From NCBI RefSeq assembly GCF_024223415.1, contig NZ_CP100500.1: a stretch of DNA of 64,000 bases. One strand, written 5' to 3'. Under the pieces are notes generated by a model that had not been told where the DNA came from, did not search any database, and was given only the letters and a program-made list of their open reading frames with translations. This stretch comes from Escherichia coli. Lineage in GTDB: Bacteria; Pseudomonadota; Gammaproteobacteria; Enterobacterales; Enterobacteriaceae. Shown piece by piece: positions 1 to 12,693 of this stretch (position 1 is the first letter of the stretch; the number at the start of each line of letters is the position of its first letter). A program made the translations under genes and the position numbers.

Positions 1-449
1 GTCGCTCATTCGAAAGTGATGCGGAAGCGAAGCTGGTTCACGATCTGCGTGAAGATGGCTTTCTGACGCTGGGGCTGGTGGCGACAGATGACGAAGGTCA
101 GGTCATTGGCTATGTGGCATTTAGTCCGGTTGATGTGCAGGGCGAAGACCTGCAATGGGTCGGCATGGCACCGTTGGCGGTTGATGAAAAATACCGTGGA
201 CAGGGGCTGGCACGCCAACTGGTCTATGAAGGACTCGATTCGCTTAATGAGTTCGGCTATGCCGCAGTGGTGACGCTGGGCGATCCGGCGCTGTACAGCC
301 GTTTTGGCTTTGAACTGGCGGCACATCACGACCTGCGTTGCCGCTGGCCAGGCACTGAAAGCGCCTTCCAGGTACATCGTTTAGCGGATGACGCGTTGAA
401 TGGCGTAACTGGTCTGGTTGAGTATCACGAGCATTTCAATCGCTTTTAA
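1..449 (+). CDS. yhbS: GNAT-family N-acetyltransferase, 5' end cut by window edge
   Basis: Frame open from window start; translation (…[20 protein letters not shown]…HEHFNRF) matches YhbS as recalled; context yhbQ/yhbP follows. Confidence 0.85.
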
Positions 450-738
450 TCTCCGGGGTTTGCAGACTGCTTAACAGCTCTGCAAACCCTGCGCCTTCCG
501 CTACCAGACGCTCTTTTTGCCGTTTGGTCAGTTGCTTAACGCGATATTCCGCCCGTAACGCCAGCGAACGATCGCCCACTGGCGCAGAAAACGCCAGCGT
601 CAGTTCTCCTTTCCCGCGCAGTGCTTTCGCCCCTTTGCCGCTTTGGTGCTGCTGATAGCGGCGTTCGACATCCGTGGTGATCCCGGTATAAAGCTTATTG
701 TCGGCGGTACGGATCAAGTAAAGAAACCAGGGGGTCAT
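436..738 (-). CDS. yhbQ: GIY-YIG nuclease-domain protein
   Basis: 100-aa [26 protein letters not shown]…; overlaps yhbS stop convergently. Confidence 0.9.
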
Positions 739-788
739 CGTCTGCGTCGCATGTTAAGGTCAGGCCCACAGTATAAAAGAGAACAGCA

Positions 789-1211
789 ATGGAAACACTC
801 ATCACCATCAGCCGTTGGTTGGCAAAACAACATGTTGTCACCTGGTGTGTGCAGCAGGAAGGGGAACTCTGGTGCGCTAATGCTTTTTATCTGTTTGATG
901 CGCAGAAAGTCGCCTTCTACATTTTGACGGAAGAAAAAACGCGCCACGCGCAGATGAGTGGGCCGCAGGCTGCGGTTGCCGGAACGGTAAACGGTCAGCC
1001 GAAAACGGTAGCGTTAATTCGCGGCGTGCAGTTTAAAGGTGAGATCCGCAGGCTGGAAGGTGAGGAAAGCGACCTCGCGCGCAAGGCGTACAATCGTCGC
1101 TTTCCGGTTGCCAGAATGCTGTCGGCCCCGGTGTGGGAAATCCGGCTCGATGAAATCAAATTCACCGACAACACGCTGGGCTTTGGTAAAAAAATGATTT
1201 GGCTACGCGGC

Positions 1212-1232
<21 letters not shown>
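789..1232 (+). CDS. yhbP: UPF0306 family protein
   Basis: 147-aa ORF, synteny between yhbQ and yhbO. Confidence 0.85.
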
Positions 1233-1832
<600 letters not shown>

Positions 1833-1847
1833 TAGACAATTCTGTAA

Positions 1848-2493
<646 letters not shown>

Positions 2494-2565
2494 TTATTCC
2501 CAAGAATTGATAGTGAGCGTAATATTCACGCGCTCAATTATCATAACTTATTCCTGGGGAATGCT

Positions 2566-3606
2566 ATGACTGGTCAGTCTTCATCTCAGGCGGCAACGCC
2601 CATTCAGTGGTGGAAACCCGCGCTTTTCTTTCTCGTTGTCATTGCCGGTCTCTGGTATGTGAAATGGCAACCTTACTACGGCAAAGCGTTTACTGCTGCC
2701 GAAACCCACAGTATCGGTAAATCTATCCTTGCGCAGGCGGATGCTAATCCATGGCAGGCGGCGTTGGATTACGCGATGATCTATTTCCTCGCGGTATGGA
2801 AAGCGGCGGTGCTGGGGGTGATCCTCGGTTCGTTGATTCAGGTGCTGATCCCGCGTGACTGGTTGTTGCGTACGCTTGGGCAATCGCGCTTTCGCGGCAC
2901 GCTGCTGGGAACGCTGTTTTCGCTGCCGGGCATGATGTGTACCTGCTGTGCGGCTCCGGTCGCGGCGGGAATGCGTCGCCAACAGGTGTCGATGGGCGGT
3001 GCGCTGGCATTCTGGATGGGCAATCCGGTGTTAAACCCGGCGACGCTGGTGTTTATGGGGTTTGTCCTCGGCTGGGGTTTTGCGGCGATTCGTCTGGTGG
3101 CCGGGCTGGTGATGGTGTTGCTGATTGCGACGCTGGTGCAAAAATGGGTGCGTGAAACACCGCAAACGCAGGCACCGGTCGAAATTGACATACCGGAAGC
3201 ACAGGGCGGTTTTTTTAGCCGCTGGGGCAGGGCGCTATGGACGCTTTTCTGGAGTACGATCCCGGTTTACATCCTTGCAGTACTGGTGTTGGGTGCCGCT
3301 CGCGTCTGGTTATTCCCCCATGCCGATGGTGCTGTCGATAACAGCCTGATGTGGGTGGTGGCGATGGCGGTAGCAGGGTGCTTGTTTGTCATTCCCACGG
3401 CAGCAGAAATTCCGATTGTACAAACGATGATGCTGGCAGGTATGGGAACTGCTCCGGCGCTGGCATTGTTGATGACGCTCCCGGCGGTGAGTTTGCCGTC
3501 ACTGATTATGCTGCGCAAAGCGTTCCCGGCGAAAGCCTTATGGCTGACAGGGGCGATGGTGGCAGTGTCTGGTGTGATTGTCGGCGGGCTGGCGCTGTTA
3601 TTCTGA
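2566..3606 (+). CDS. yraQ: Predicted permease, multi-pass inner membrane protein
   Basis: 346-aa hydrophobic ORF, synteny. Confidence 0.85.
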   Translation: MTGQSSSQAATPIQWWKPALFFLVVIAGLWYVKWQPYYGKAFTAAETHSIGKSILAQADANPWQAALDYAMIYFLAVWKAAVLGVILGSLIQVLIPRDWLLRTLGQSRFRGTLLGTLFSLPGMMCTCCAAPVAAGMRRQQVSMGGALAFWMGNPVLNPATLVFMGFVLGWGFAAIRLVAGLVMVLLIATLVQKWVRETPQTQAPVEIDIPEAQGGFFSRWGRALWTLFWSTIPVYILAVLVLGAARVWLFPHADGAVDNSLMWVVAMAVAGCLFVIPTAAEIPIVQTMMLAGMGTAPALALLMTLPAVSLPSLIMLRKAFPAKALWLTGAMVAVSGVIVGGLALLF

Positions 3607-3609
3607 TTT

Positions 3610-3700
3610 GAGGGAAAACATGTCGGATGCGGCGTAAACGCCTTATCCGACCTACGGTTTGCATCGTTGTAGGCCTGATAAGACGCGGCAAGCGTCGCAT
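3610..3700. repeat. REP/BIME palindromic elements
   Basis: GCCGGATGCGGCGTAAACGCCTTATCCGACCTAC… and GTAGGCCTGATAAGACGCG…CATCAGGC motifs in inverted orientation. Confidence 0.8.
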
Positions 3701-3719
3701 CAGGCATTACAAGGGGCTG

Positions 3720-4295
3720 CTATTTAATAAACGTAAACGCCGTAGTTACCCGCTTCACGCCGCTCACCCGGCTGGCAATATCTGCCGCCGCTTTCGCTTC
3801 ACGTTCAGTCACCAGCCCCATCAGGAACACTTCACCGTTTTCGGTGGTCACTTTCACGTTGGACGATTTCACCAGGTCGCTGGTTAAGAGCTGCGAACGC
3901 ACTTTGGTGGTGATCCACGTATCGTTAGACGCTTCGCCCAGACCAATCGGCTGGCCCTGACGAATCTCGTTATACACTTCGTTGGCACCGTCTACGCCCA
4001 TAGCAATCTGTTTGGCGCGAGCCGAAAGTTCAGCGTTTGGTGACTGCCCAACCAGCAGCACTTTGCCCTGATAGGCCGTTACATTAATGCGCGCTTCTTT
4101 CTTAATCTGTTCGTCTTTCGACAATGCGCTGTTCACGCGCACTTCCAGGGTACCATCGTCCACCTGGGTGCCGACACTGCGTGGGTCAGTTGCGGCTTTG
4201 GTACCCACAGCAGCAGTACCCACTACGGCAGCGGCAACACAACCTTGCAACAGCAGCGCGGAAATAAGGACTGCGATTGGCGATAATGCCTTCAT
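3720..4295 (-). CDS. dolP: BON-domain outer-membrane lipoprotein DolP (YraP)
   Basis: 191-aa ORF with lipoprotein signal (…LLQGC) and two BON-like segments. Confidence 0.9.
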   Translation of the reverse strand: MKALSPIAVLISALLLQGCVAAAVVGTAAVGTKAATDPRSVGTQVDDGTLEVRVNSALSKDEQIKKEARINVTAYQGKVLLVGQSPNAELSARAKQIAMGVDGANEVYNEIRQGQPIGLGEASNDTWITTKVRSQLLTSDLVKSSNVKVTTENGEVFLMGLVTEREAKAAADIASRVSGVKRVTTAFTFIK

Positions 4296-4304
4296 GTATT
4301 CTCC

Positions 4305-4895
4305 TTAATCATCCTGGTGAGGGAAAAGCGTGTTATCGATCAGATCGCACAGGCAATTTACCGTCAGCATATGCATTTCCTGAATGCGAGCACTGCGATG
4401 CGAAGGGATGCGGATCTCCACATCCTGTGGCCCTAACAAACCTGCAAGTTCACCGCCGTCATAGCCGGTCAATGCCACAATGGTCATATCACGCGTAACG
4501 GCAGCTTCTACTGCTTTTACAATATCGCGGCTGTTGCCACGGGTGGAAATGGCTAACAATACATCTCCCGCATGACCCAGCGCCCGCACCTGTTTTGCAT
4601 ACACTTCATCATGTAAGCGATCGTTGGCAATCGCCGTTAAGACAACATTATCGGTATTTAGTGCAATGGCAGGTAAGCTGGGCCGCTCCGTTTCGAAACG
4701 GTTGATCATGCTGGCAGCAAAATGCTGTGCATTGGCAGCGGAAGTTCCATTACCACAACAGAGGATTTTGTTGCCATTGAGCAGAGACTGAACCAGCGTC
4801 ATGGCCGCACGGGAGATGGCATCCGGAAGCGCCTCTGCCGCCGCAATTTGAGTTTGAATGCTTTCAGTGAAGCAAGCTTTAATTCTTTCTTGCAC
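4305..4895 (-). CDS. diaA: DnaA initiator-associating protein DiaA (SIS domain)
   Basis: 196-aa [19 protein letters not shown]…, synteny. Confidence 0.9.
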
Positions 4896-4914
4896 GCTAA
4901 TCCTTAAACCTTAA

Positions 4915-5310
4915 TTATGAGTGGTCATTAAAGGCATCCTTAATCCACTCAACCTCATTCCCGGTGAAGGCTACCACATCGAACCGGCAATCCACAGTAT
5001 CAAAACTCCCATTATGACGCGCGAGCCACAAGCGGGCAGTCTGTAATAATTTGTGTTGTTTGCTGCGGGTCACACTGGCTGCCGCGCCGCCATAAAGCGC
5101 AGAACGGCGGTAACGCACCTCGACAAAAACGGTGGTCCGGCCTTCACGCATTATCAGATCGATCTCGCCGCCACGCTCGTTCACGTTAGCGGCGACAAAT
5201 CGCAGTCCTTTGCCTTCCAGCCAGCGACGCGCTTGTGCTTCCCACGCATCGCCGGTCTGTTTGGTGGTTAACTGGCGGGGACTACCTGACCTTGTTGGTA
5301 CTGTAGCCAT
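4915..5310 (-). CDS. yraN: UPF0102 protein YraN
   Basis: 131-aa ORF; start overlaps lpoA 3' end. Confidence 0.85.
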   Translation of the reverse strand: MATVPTRSGSPRQLTTKQTGDAWEAQARRWLEGKGLRFVAANVNERGGEIDLIMREGRTTVFVEVRYRRSALYGGAAASVTRSKQHKLLQTARLWLARHNGSFDTVDCRFDVVAFTGNEVEWIKDAFNDHS

Positions 5311-7304
5311 GATAACTTCCTGTTAATCACGCAATCCGGGTTAGCCGTCAGGCTTCCGGTATTACCGTTGATTTCAAAACCCTGAACCTGGCGCATTTGT
5401 GAGAAATGATTTGCCAGCGACCAGGCATCAACGCCCACCGCATACATGCGAGCCAGTGAATAATCGTTATTCACCGCGCTGAGTGCCTGCTGCATTAACG
5501 GCAGATTACCGCCCGCCAGCATCGGGATTTCGCTGTACTGCAAACCTTCCATCTCCAGACGGAAATCCGGGCCTGCGGTGCCTTGTGCGCTGCGGGAGCT
5601 GGCGTACAGCGTTGCACCGCTCTGGCTACCGTTACGCATGGCGATCATCGGTTTGATAAAAGCGATTTCACCCGGCGTTGCCACAATGTACACCGCATCG
5701 ACACGACCGCCATTATTGGTGAATTGGTCATCGGTTGGCGTGGTTTGCAGCGTTGGATTGTTGGTCGTCATGCCGGAGTCGGTTGTCGCTCTGAGAGTAA
5801 TCGGGCTACCCGTTAAAGCGATACCAGAACCGCCGTTAACACCCGCGCGTAATTCGCTGGTGGAACCAAATTTTTGTTGCAGAACGGTGCCGCCGCCCAG
5901 TTTCTGCCACTCTTGCGCAAACGCATTGGCTACGCGATCGCCCAATGAACTGCGTGGGATCAGCACCAGCGGCGCTTGTTTACCCTGGTCACGAATATGA
6001 CGCGCTGCATCGCGCGCTTCGTCTTCCGGTGAAAGCGCGAAGTAACAAATATTGACGCGATTTTCGATATTCTCCGGCTGGTTCAGTGCCAGTACGTTCA
6101 GCGGAGTGTTGCTCTTCAGCAACTCTTCAACGTTATTTTTCAGCAACGGACCGACCACAATACTCGCGCCATCCTGCTGAACCTGGCTTAAGATCTGGCT
6201 AAGTGGTTGTGATGAGGTATCGTAGATTTTCAGCTCTGCGGATGGATTTGCGGGTGCGCTTACCGCTGCGGTGCTTGTCGCCGGGGCGCTTACAGGCACC
6301 GGCTGGGCTGCAGGCTGTTCACCGGTCAGATCGCTAACCGAGGCTTGTGCCGGGCTGGCAACGCCATCCACGGTTTGCGGTTGAGGTTGTTCTGCAACGT
6401 CTGCGGCAGGTGCGGCAGCTACCTGAGCTGCCACTGGCTGAGTGCCGATATTTTTCGCCGCTTCAAAGCCTTGCTGAATAGTGCGACCAAATACCGCTGC
6501 CTGGCCATTCAGTGGCAACAGCAGGGCGATTTTGTTGGTCGAGGCTGGTTTAAACGCTTTTACGTTAACCAACTGCGTTGGCAGCATTTTCGCGCCCGGG
6601 TTGTTCGGATAACGTTTCTGCCAGTCGGCGATCCCGGCTTTCATCATGTCGGGATCGTTACGGTTATCAAACCAGACGCGCTGCAGATCCAGCCAGCCTT
6701 GCAGAATATTTTCGTCGGCGTTGATCACCAGCGTATTCGCCTGTTCCTGAGTCATGGAGGAGAGCGCCTGCCAGGTGGCATCAATATTCTGCTGTTTTTC
6801 TTTCGCGCCAAGCAGCGGTTCCTGAGCAATTAACGCGCGCAGTAAATCAATGGAAGGACGCCCCTGGCTGGCATCGATTTTTGCCCGCCAGTAACGGACT
6901 TGCTGGTTTTGTTCTAAATCGGCGGGTGTAATTTTCGCCAGCAAGTTTTGCGCGCCAGCAAAATCTTTCTGCGCCAGTTTAATCTCTACCGCCAGCAGTG
7001 TTTTCTCGCGGCGCTGAGAATCATTCAGTTCTTGCGGTAGTTGGTTAAACAACTCAACCGCCTGCCCGGTTTTACCTTCTTTCACCAGTGCACGAATGGC
7101 GAGTAATTGCCAGTTGATCCTGGTATCATCAGAGCTTTGCTGCATCTGCTGAAGATAAAAGGCAGAATCAGCCTGCGCCGTGCCCTGCATATAAGCAGTG
7201 GACTGATCGGGAGTATGGGTGCCACAACCGGCGAAAATCAGGGCTGCCAGAACAACAGGTAGACAACGCGCGGCTTTCAAACGAGAAAATGTTGAGGGTA
7301 CCAT
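5268..7304 (-). CDS. lpoA: Penicillin-binding protein 1A activator lipoprotein LpoA
   Basis: ORF 5268..7334; start at [28 protein letters not shown] (lipobox) gives ~678 aa; TPR-like N-domain, Pro/Ala-rich linker. Confidence 0.9.
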   Translation of the reverse strand: MVPSTFSRLKAARCLPVVLAALIFAGCGTHTPDQSTAYMQGTAQADSAFYLQQMQQSSDDTRINWQLLAIRALVKEGKTGQAVELFNQLPQELNDSQRREKTLLAVEIKLAQKDFAGAQNLLAKITPADLEQNQQVRYWRAKIDASQGRPSIDLLRALIAQEPLLGAKEKQQNIDATWQALSSMTQEQANTLVINADENILQGWLDLQRVWFDNRNDPDMMKAGIADWQKRYPNNPGAKMLPTQLVNVKAFKPASTNKIALLLPLNGQAAVFGRTIQQGFEAAKNIGTQPVAAQVAAAPAADVAEQPQPQTVDGVASPAQASVSDLTGEQPAAQPVPVSAPATSTAAVSAPANPSAELKIYDTSSQPLSQILSQVQQDGASIVVGPLLKNNVEELLKSNTPLNVLALNQPENIENRVNICYFALSPEDEARDAARHIRDQGKQAPLVLIPRSSLGDRVANAFAQEWQKLGGGTVLQQKFGSTSELRAGVNGGSGIALTGSPITLRATTDSGMTTNNPTLQTTPTDDQFTNNGGRVDAVYIVATPGEIAFIKPMIAMRNGSQSGATLYASSRSAQGTAGPDFRLEMEGLQYSEIPMLAGGNLPLMQQALSAVNNDYSLARMYAVGVDAWSLANHFSQMRQVQGFEINGNTGSLTANPDCVINRKLSWLQYQQGQVVPAS

Positions 7305-7368
7305 AATGTATCCAGTGATATTTTTTTTACGCAATGCTCAATATTAAATCGGCAATACGGACGACACA

Positions 7369-8229
7369 ATGAAACAACACCAATCGGCGGATAATTCTCA
7401 GGGCCAGCTTTACATTGTACCGACGCCAATCGGCAATCTGGCGGATATCACCCAGCGTGCGTTAGAGGTATTACAGGCCGTTGATCTGATTGCCGCCGAG
7501 GATACTCGTCACACCGGTTTATTGCTGCAACATTTTGGGATTAATGCCCGGTTGTTTGCGCTGCACGACCATAACGAACAACAAAAAGCCGAAACGCTGC
7601 TGGCGAAGCTGCAAGAGGGGCAAAACATTGCACTGGTTTCCGATGCCGGAACGCCGCTAATTAACGATCCTGGCTACCATCTGGTGCGTACCTGCCGTGA
7701 AGCGGGGATTCGTGTGGTGCCGCTACCCGGACCGTGTGCTGCTATCACTGCGTTAAGCGCCGCGGGTTTACCCTCTGACCGTTTCTGTTACGAAGGCTTT
7801 TTACCTGCCAAATCAAAAGGCCGCCGTGATGCGCTAAAAGCCATTGAAGCGGAGCCGCGCACGCTGATTTTTTATGAATCTACCCACCGTCTGTTAGATA
7901 GCCTGGAAGATATCGTTGCGGTATTAGGCGAATCCCGCTACGTGGTTCTGGCACGTGAGCTGACCAAAACCTGGGAAACCATTCACGGCGCGCCCGTTGG
8001 CGAGCTGCTGGCGTGGGTAAAAGAAGATGAAAACCGTCGCAAAGGCGAAATGGTGCTGATTGTCGAAGGTCATAAAGCACAGGAAGAAGACTTACCCGCC
8101 GATGCCCTGCGCACGCTGGCGCTGTTGCAGGCAGAACTGCCGCTGAAAAAAGCGGCGGCGCTGGCAGCAGAAATTCACGGCGTGAAGAAAAATGCGCTAT
8201 ATAAGTATGCGCTGGAGCAGCAGGGGTAA
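7369..8229 (+). CDS. rsmI: 16S rRNA (cytidine1402-2'-O)-methyltransferase RsmI
   Basis: 286-aa ORF …[15 protein letters not shown]…, divergent from lpoA. Confidence 0.9.
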
Positions 8230-8271
8230 GAGTGCCGAAGCGTTGCGTTAATCAAAACGCAACGTCTTCTT

Positions 8272-9363
8272 TTACCGCACGATGACGGTAATGGTGGCTG
8301 TGCCCTGAAATTTTCCTGTTTCCAGCTCACCACCGACCAGATTAACTGGCCAGGCGCGCATATTGACGGTGCCATGCCCGGAAGGATCAACGGGAAGGAT
8401 ACCGTTCTGAAAAGGAATATTTGCAACTCCGCCGCCGAGATTTTCAATACGAATACCGACATCGGGCGCATTGTCTGAACTTCTTCGTCTGGCGACCAGG
8501 TTGTACTGGTCTACTACCCCAGTTGTACCGTCGATGCGCATTTGCAACGAGTTTTTAATCTTTGAAGTATCACCACAGTCATAAGTGATATCAAAGTCTA
8601 CTGGAGTAAAACCATCTGGCATGGCATTGCGGGTGGTAAACTTCTGACCATTGATGAATCCAAAATTAACCTTAATAACATCGCCCTGATTAATTTTGCA
8701 CGACTGTGGGGCGGTGAGATTTCCCTGAATCGATAACTTGACTAAATCATGGAAGTCACCTGTAGACGGGCTTCCCATTCCATCGACCCACGCGCCTTTA
8801 ATGACGGCAATATCCGTTTTCGGAATGGTCATCGAGCCGAGAAATGGCTTGGTGACATACAGGGTAAAGGTGGTATTTGCACCAATATTAACGGGTCCAT
8901 AACGAGACGTGTCACCCTGGCAAACACCCGTTTGGGTTGCAGCAGAATATACGGTGCTGCTTTTTATCTGTGTGAATCGGGTGTTAACAGAGACAACCTG
9001 GTCGGTTGTGAGTCCTGGAATGTCGTTTGCCTGTAATGTGGTTTTAATATCCAGGCTGTCATTGAGTTTGTAATATCCTGTCTGATGTCCAGTGGTGGTA
9101 AGTACGGGGCTGACCATATAGACAAGTTTAACTGCCTTACCCGCAGAGCAGGAACAGGCGTATTGCCAGTTAGTGCTACTTAGCGTTGCAGAGGTAAACT
9201 CCCGTCCTGTCACGTTATCTGTCTGGTTCACCGTAACATCATCAACCACACTGCTGTAATTTGTCGCACCGCTAGTGCTGTCGGCTCCACACCCTCCTGA
9301 GGAGGCATAAGCGCAGGATGTGGATATCAACAAAAGTCCTGTCATAAGAGGCGCTCTTTTCAT
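8272..9363 (-). CDS. yraK: Fimbrial adhesin-like protein of yra chaperone-usher operon
   Basis: ORF 8272..9621; signal-peptide start MKRAPLMTGLLLISTSCAYA at 9363 gives 363 aa; last gene after usher. Confidence 0.85.
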   Translation of the reverse strand: MKRAPLMTGLLLISTSCAYASSGGCGADSTSGATNYSSVVDDVTVNQTDNVTGREFTSATLSSTNWQYACSCSAGKAVKLVYMVSPVLTTTGHQTGYYKLNDSLDIKTTLQANDIPGLTTDQVVSVNTRFTQIKSSTVYSAATQTGVCQGDTSRYGPVNIGANTTFTLYVTKPFLGSMTIPKTDIAVIKGAWVDGMGSPSTGDFHDLVKLSIQGNLTAPQSCKINQGDVIKVNFGFINGQKFTTRNAMPDGFTPVDFDITYDCGDTSKIKNSLQMRIDGTTGVVDQYNLVARRRSSDNAPDVGIRIENLGGGVANIPFQNGILPVDPSGHGTVNMRAWPVNLVGGELETGKFQGTATITVIVR

Positions 9364-9373
9364 TTTTTTATCC

Positions 9374-11890
9374 TTAATGGCACTGCGCCGTGCCTTGTAA
9401 TACAGAGGTTGTTGGTTCTGAATCCGGTGTACTAAAAGCAAACTGACATTGTTGATCAGCCTGATTTCCCCAGCGTACAGTCCAGCTTTGTGATTTACTC
9501 GATATCCCAGAGAGATATAGTATGCCGCCCTCATCGACGATACTTTGTTGCCCCGTCTCATCGTTGCTGGCAAGAGCGCCAAAGGGCAACGGTTTACCGT
9601 TGCGATCGCTGACTGTAACAAGTACGCGATAACCGATATTGGCGTTGAAACGCGCCGCTACCATTGCACCTCTATTGGGCACCACAAACTGTGTTGTTTG
9701 TTCAAGATCGACGTTATCGGGCAGCTGCGTAGTATCTACCGAGAGACGGTTTTCCTGATAAGTTGTGAGATAAGGAACCACTGCATAGCCAAAGGGATCG
9801 GTAGCAATCCCCGGATAGTTTTGTATCCTCACGCCAGATGCCCCGTTAGCATCGATAAGCGCAAAAGCGTTGCCCAGATATTGCGAGAGCGTCACGCCAT
9901 GAGGATGGATAACCACGCCGCCGGTAACGCCGTAATTGTATTGGCTGCTGTCATTACCGTAACTGTATCCGGCACTGAAGGTTCCATAAGGTGAACGGTA
10001 ACTGGCGTTCAGGCTACTGTTATGGTTGTTATCGTCATCCAGACTTTGTTCCAGGCTATAGCTCAGGCGACCATCATCCAGCAGTGAGCCATCAAGACGC
10101 ATTTCATGTTGGGTTGGGCGATCTTTCTGGCTGGTCATCTGATAGGAAACCCGGCTACGCGGTAACCAGCGTTCTAACGGAATACTGAGATTCAAAGAGA
10201 GTGCGCGGTCATTATTTTGATCAGTGTAGCGGCTGTATTGATAATTCAGGCTGTAACCAATTCCCCATTGCTGGCCGGAAACCCCAACAGAGATATTCCT
10301 GTTTTTCTCGTTATTGCCCCAATAGTCTTGCTGCGAACCGGAGGCATACAGACTTACCCCATCAAATATTGTCTGGCTGATGTTGAATTGAATTTCACTT
10401 TTTTGGCGACTGTTATAGTCCCAATTGCGGGTATTGGCTTCATCAAAACTAAAATAGCCATCGTTGGTATAGCGATAGTAGCTGACAGCGATATTGGTGT
10501 TGGTTTCCGGGATATCTTTGATGTACTGCGTACGCCATTGATAGCCATGAAAAGAGTGCTGGTTATCGAATTGGGTGTCAGCTCTGTTGATATCCATCGA
10601 CAACGCGCCCAGTGCGCCAAGTGTGCCGCCGATACCGATCCCCAGCGCATAATAATCTTCAGAACCGAGCAGGCCGCCATACAGCGTAAAAGTATTATTC
10701 AAACCATATATTGCCGTGGCTTCAGCAAATTCGGGTTCCTTGCTATCACTGTTTGCATCAGCGCGATAGCGTCCAGCGGTCGCGCTATACTTTAGATGCC
10801 CAGGTCGCTGCATCATGGGTAATGAAGAATAAGGCTGGATAAAGCGACGTTGTGTACCGTCACTTTCTTCAATCGTGACTTCTAAATCGCCGCTGTTGGA
10901 AGAGGGGTAGAGATCGTTAATTTCAAAGGCACCCGCTGGCACGTTGCTTTGATAGATCACATAACCATTTTGCCTGATAGTCACGATTGCACTACTGTTT
11001 GCGATACCGCGTACCGTTGGGGCAAATCCGCGCTGGCTGTTTGGCAACATATTATCGTCGGAAGCGAGTTGCACGCCAGTAAAGGTGTAGCTGGAAAAAA
11101 TACTGCCGCTGGTGGCGCTTTCTCCCAGAAGCAACTGAGACTTCAACGCCTTGATATCACGTTGTAAATAACTACTGATAGTGTTCCAGCTTGACGCCTG
11201 ATCGTTGCGTGTCCACGTAGAATAGTTACGTAATCGCCAGGGGCCAAAATTGGCACCATTTTGCATATTTAGGTACTGTCGTTGGCTACGATTGCCCTGG
11301 CGGTAACGGTTATCAGAACCTGTAAACGAGTAGTTGGTAAACAGCGTTGGTATACCATCGTCCCAACGAGAAGGGGAGACGTAACCTCTTGCATCACGGT
11401 ACAGTGCAATTTGGGGAATGCTCAAATTAAGTCGCTGATGATTGAAATCAAATTCAGCAGCTGTACCGGGAATGATTTGTTCAAGCGAGTTGATCACGCT
11501 ATCGTCATCTTTTTCAGCCAGCGCCGGGATTTCATCCACCTTAATACCCAGCTCACGTAGTTGTTCTACCGTAAACTGTGGCTGCAGAAGTTGCTCTGCA
11601 TTGGCGGTAAATGTAATTTTTTTCTGTGAAACCTTCTTTTTATTCAGCCAGATATCAACCTGATAAGTTCCTGGTAGTTGTGCGTATTTTTTTGAAAAAC
11701 GTGACAGATCGGTTGTTTGCATACCACTTTTTGTGGTTTCCAGCATAATGGGGTCGAAATAATACTCTTCGGCGTTAGCGGTAGTGCAAAGCATGCCGCT
11801 GCCAGTGAGCACCATCGGCAAACAGCGTTTGATAATGAGCGCCAACTGTTTCGGTGTGCGTTTATGTCCCTGGTGGTGTCGTTGTGGCAT
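9374..11890 (-). CDS. yraJ: Fimbrial outer-membrane usher protein
   Basis: ORF 9374..11965; start MPQRHHQGH… gives 838 aa; typical usher size and position. Confidence 0.88.
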   Translation of the reverse strand: MPQRHHQGHKRTPKQLALIIKRCLPMVLTGSGMLCTTANAEEYYFDPIMLETTKSGMQTTDLSRFSKKYAQLPGTYQVDIWLNKKKVSQKKITFTANAEQLLQPQFTVEQLRELGIKVDEIPALAEKDDDSVINSLEQIIPGTAAEFDFNHQRLNLSIPQIALYRDARGYVSPSRWDDGIPTLFTNYSFTGSDNRYRQGNRSQRQYLNMQNGANFGPWRLRNYSTWTRNDQASSWNTISSYLQRDIKALKSQLLLGESATSGSIFSSYTFTGVQLASDDNMLPNSQRGFAPTVRGIANSSAIVTIRQNGYVIYQSNVPAGAFEINDLYPSSNSGDLEVTIEESDGTQRRFIQPYSSLPMMQRPGHLKYSATAGRYRADANSDSKEPEFAEATAIYGLNNTFTLYGGLLGSEDYYALGIGIGGTLGALGALSMDINRADTQFDNQHSFHGYQWRTQYIKDIPETNTNIAVSYYRYTNDGYFSFDEANTRNWDYNSRQKSEIQFNISQTIFDGVSLYASGSQQDYWGNNEKNRNISVGVSGQQWGIGYSLNYQYSRYTDQNNDRALSLNLSIPLERWLPRSRVSYQMTSQKDRPTQHEMRLDGSLLDDGRLSYSLEQSLDDDNNHNSSLNASYRSPYGTFSAGYSYGNDSSQYNYGVTGGVVIHPHGVTLSQYLGNAFALIDANGASGVRIQNYPGIATDPFGYAVVPYLTTYQENRLSVDTTQLPDNVDLEQTTQFVVPNRGAMVAARFNANIGYRVLVTVSDRNGKPLPFGALASNDETGQQSIVDEGGILYLSGISSKSQSWTVRWGNQADQQCQFAFSTPDSEPTTSVLQGTAQCH

Positions 11891-11918
11891 TCCCTGATGA
11901 CCTGTGTTTTTATATTTG

Positions 11919-12614
11919 TTATTGCAGTGGACGAGTTTCTGTCCCGGAACTGCCGCCATAATCATTGATCGCAGCCCATTTCACGTTCTTTCCGCCAGAT
12001 GCTGGAAGTGGTAACTGTTTATGTTCTCCGGGCGCGATATATTCAATTTTGCTTGTGAGATCGGCTTTATCGACTGCCAGTCCGGCAAATACGACGTAAT
12101 ATTCAGTTGGGTTATATATATTGAGTGAATGATCACTACGTTTAAATTCCAGTGATTTCCACGCATCGCTTACCCGTCCCTTCAGGTGTGCGGGGCGATA
12201 AAACATTTTGATCCGTGTTTTAAATACCAGCGTCAACTCGTTAGCATTAACATCATCTGATTTTTTCTTTGCTGGAATGGCACGAACATTAATGTAGAAC
12301 AGCGACTCTTTATTTTCAGGCAGGTTATCAGCTGTTTTAATAATTCGCAGTGATGAATCATCGCCAGCTTCAAGACGAAATAGCGGTGGGGTTATAATAA
12401 ATGGGGCACGGCTTGTACCATCTATATTATCTACCCATGATTGCAGTAAATAAGGCGTTTCTGCGCCTTTGTTTGCGACAGGTAACGCAGCCTCTTTGCG
12501 GCTGGCATCATAGATCACTCGCGTTCGCTGTAAAACGATACCCCCTGCAAGCGCCTGGCCGATACAGAAGCTACACAACAAGGTTATTATCACCGCGAAT
12601 GTTCGTTTTGACAT
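11919..12614 (-). CDS. yraI: Periplasmic fimbrial chaperone (PapD-like)
   Basis: 231-aa ORF with signal peptide, between major subunit and usher. Confidence 0.88.
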   Translation of the reverse strand: MSKRTFAVIITLLCSFCIGQALAGGIVLQRTRVIYDASRKEAALPVANKGAETPYLLQSWVDNIDGTSRAPFIITPPLFRLEAGDDSSLRIIKTADNLPENKESLFYINVRAIPAKKKSDDVNANELTLVFKTRIKMFYRPAHLKGRVSDAWKSLEFKRSDHSLNIYNPTEYYVVFAGLAVDKADLTSKIEYIAPGEHKQLPLPASGGKNVKWAAINDYGGSSGTETRPLQ

Positions 12615-12693
12615 AGTTATTTTTCAACCTGATACAACGAGAAAGAGGAAGGAAAAGGGCGTTATCTGAAAGGTCAGATAACGCCGTAACGTA

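Noticed and set aside
8272-9621. 449-aa extended version of the yraK ORF overlapping yraJ
   Set aside because: The extension has no signal peptide and overlaps the usher gene; the start at 9363 (MKRAPLMTGLLLISTSCAYA) gives the expected 363-aa secreted protein.
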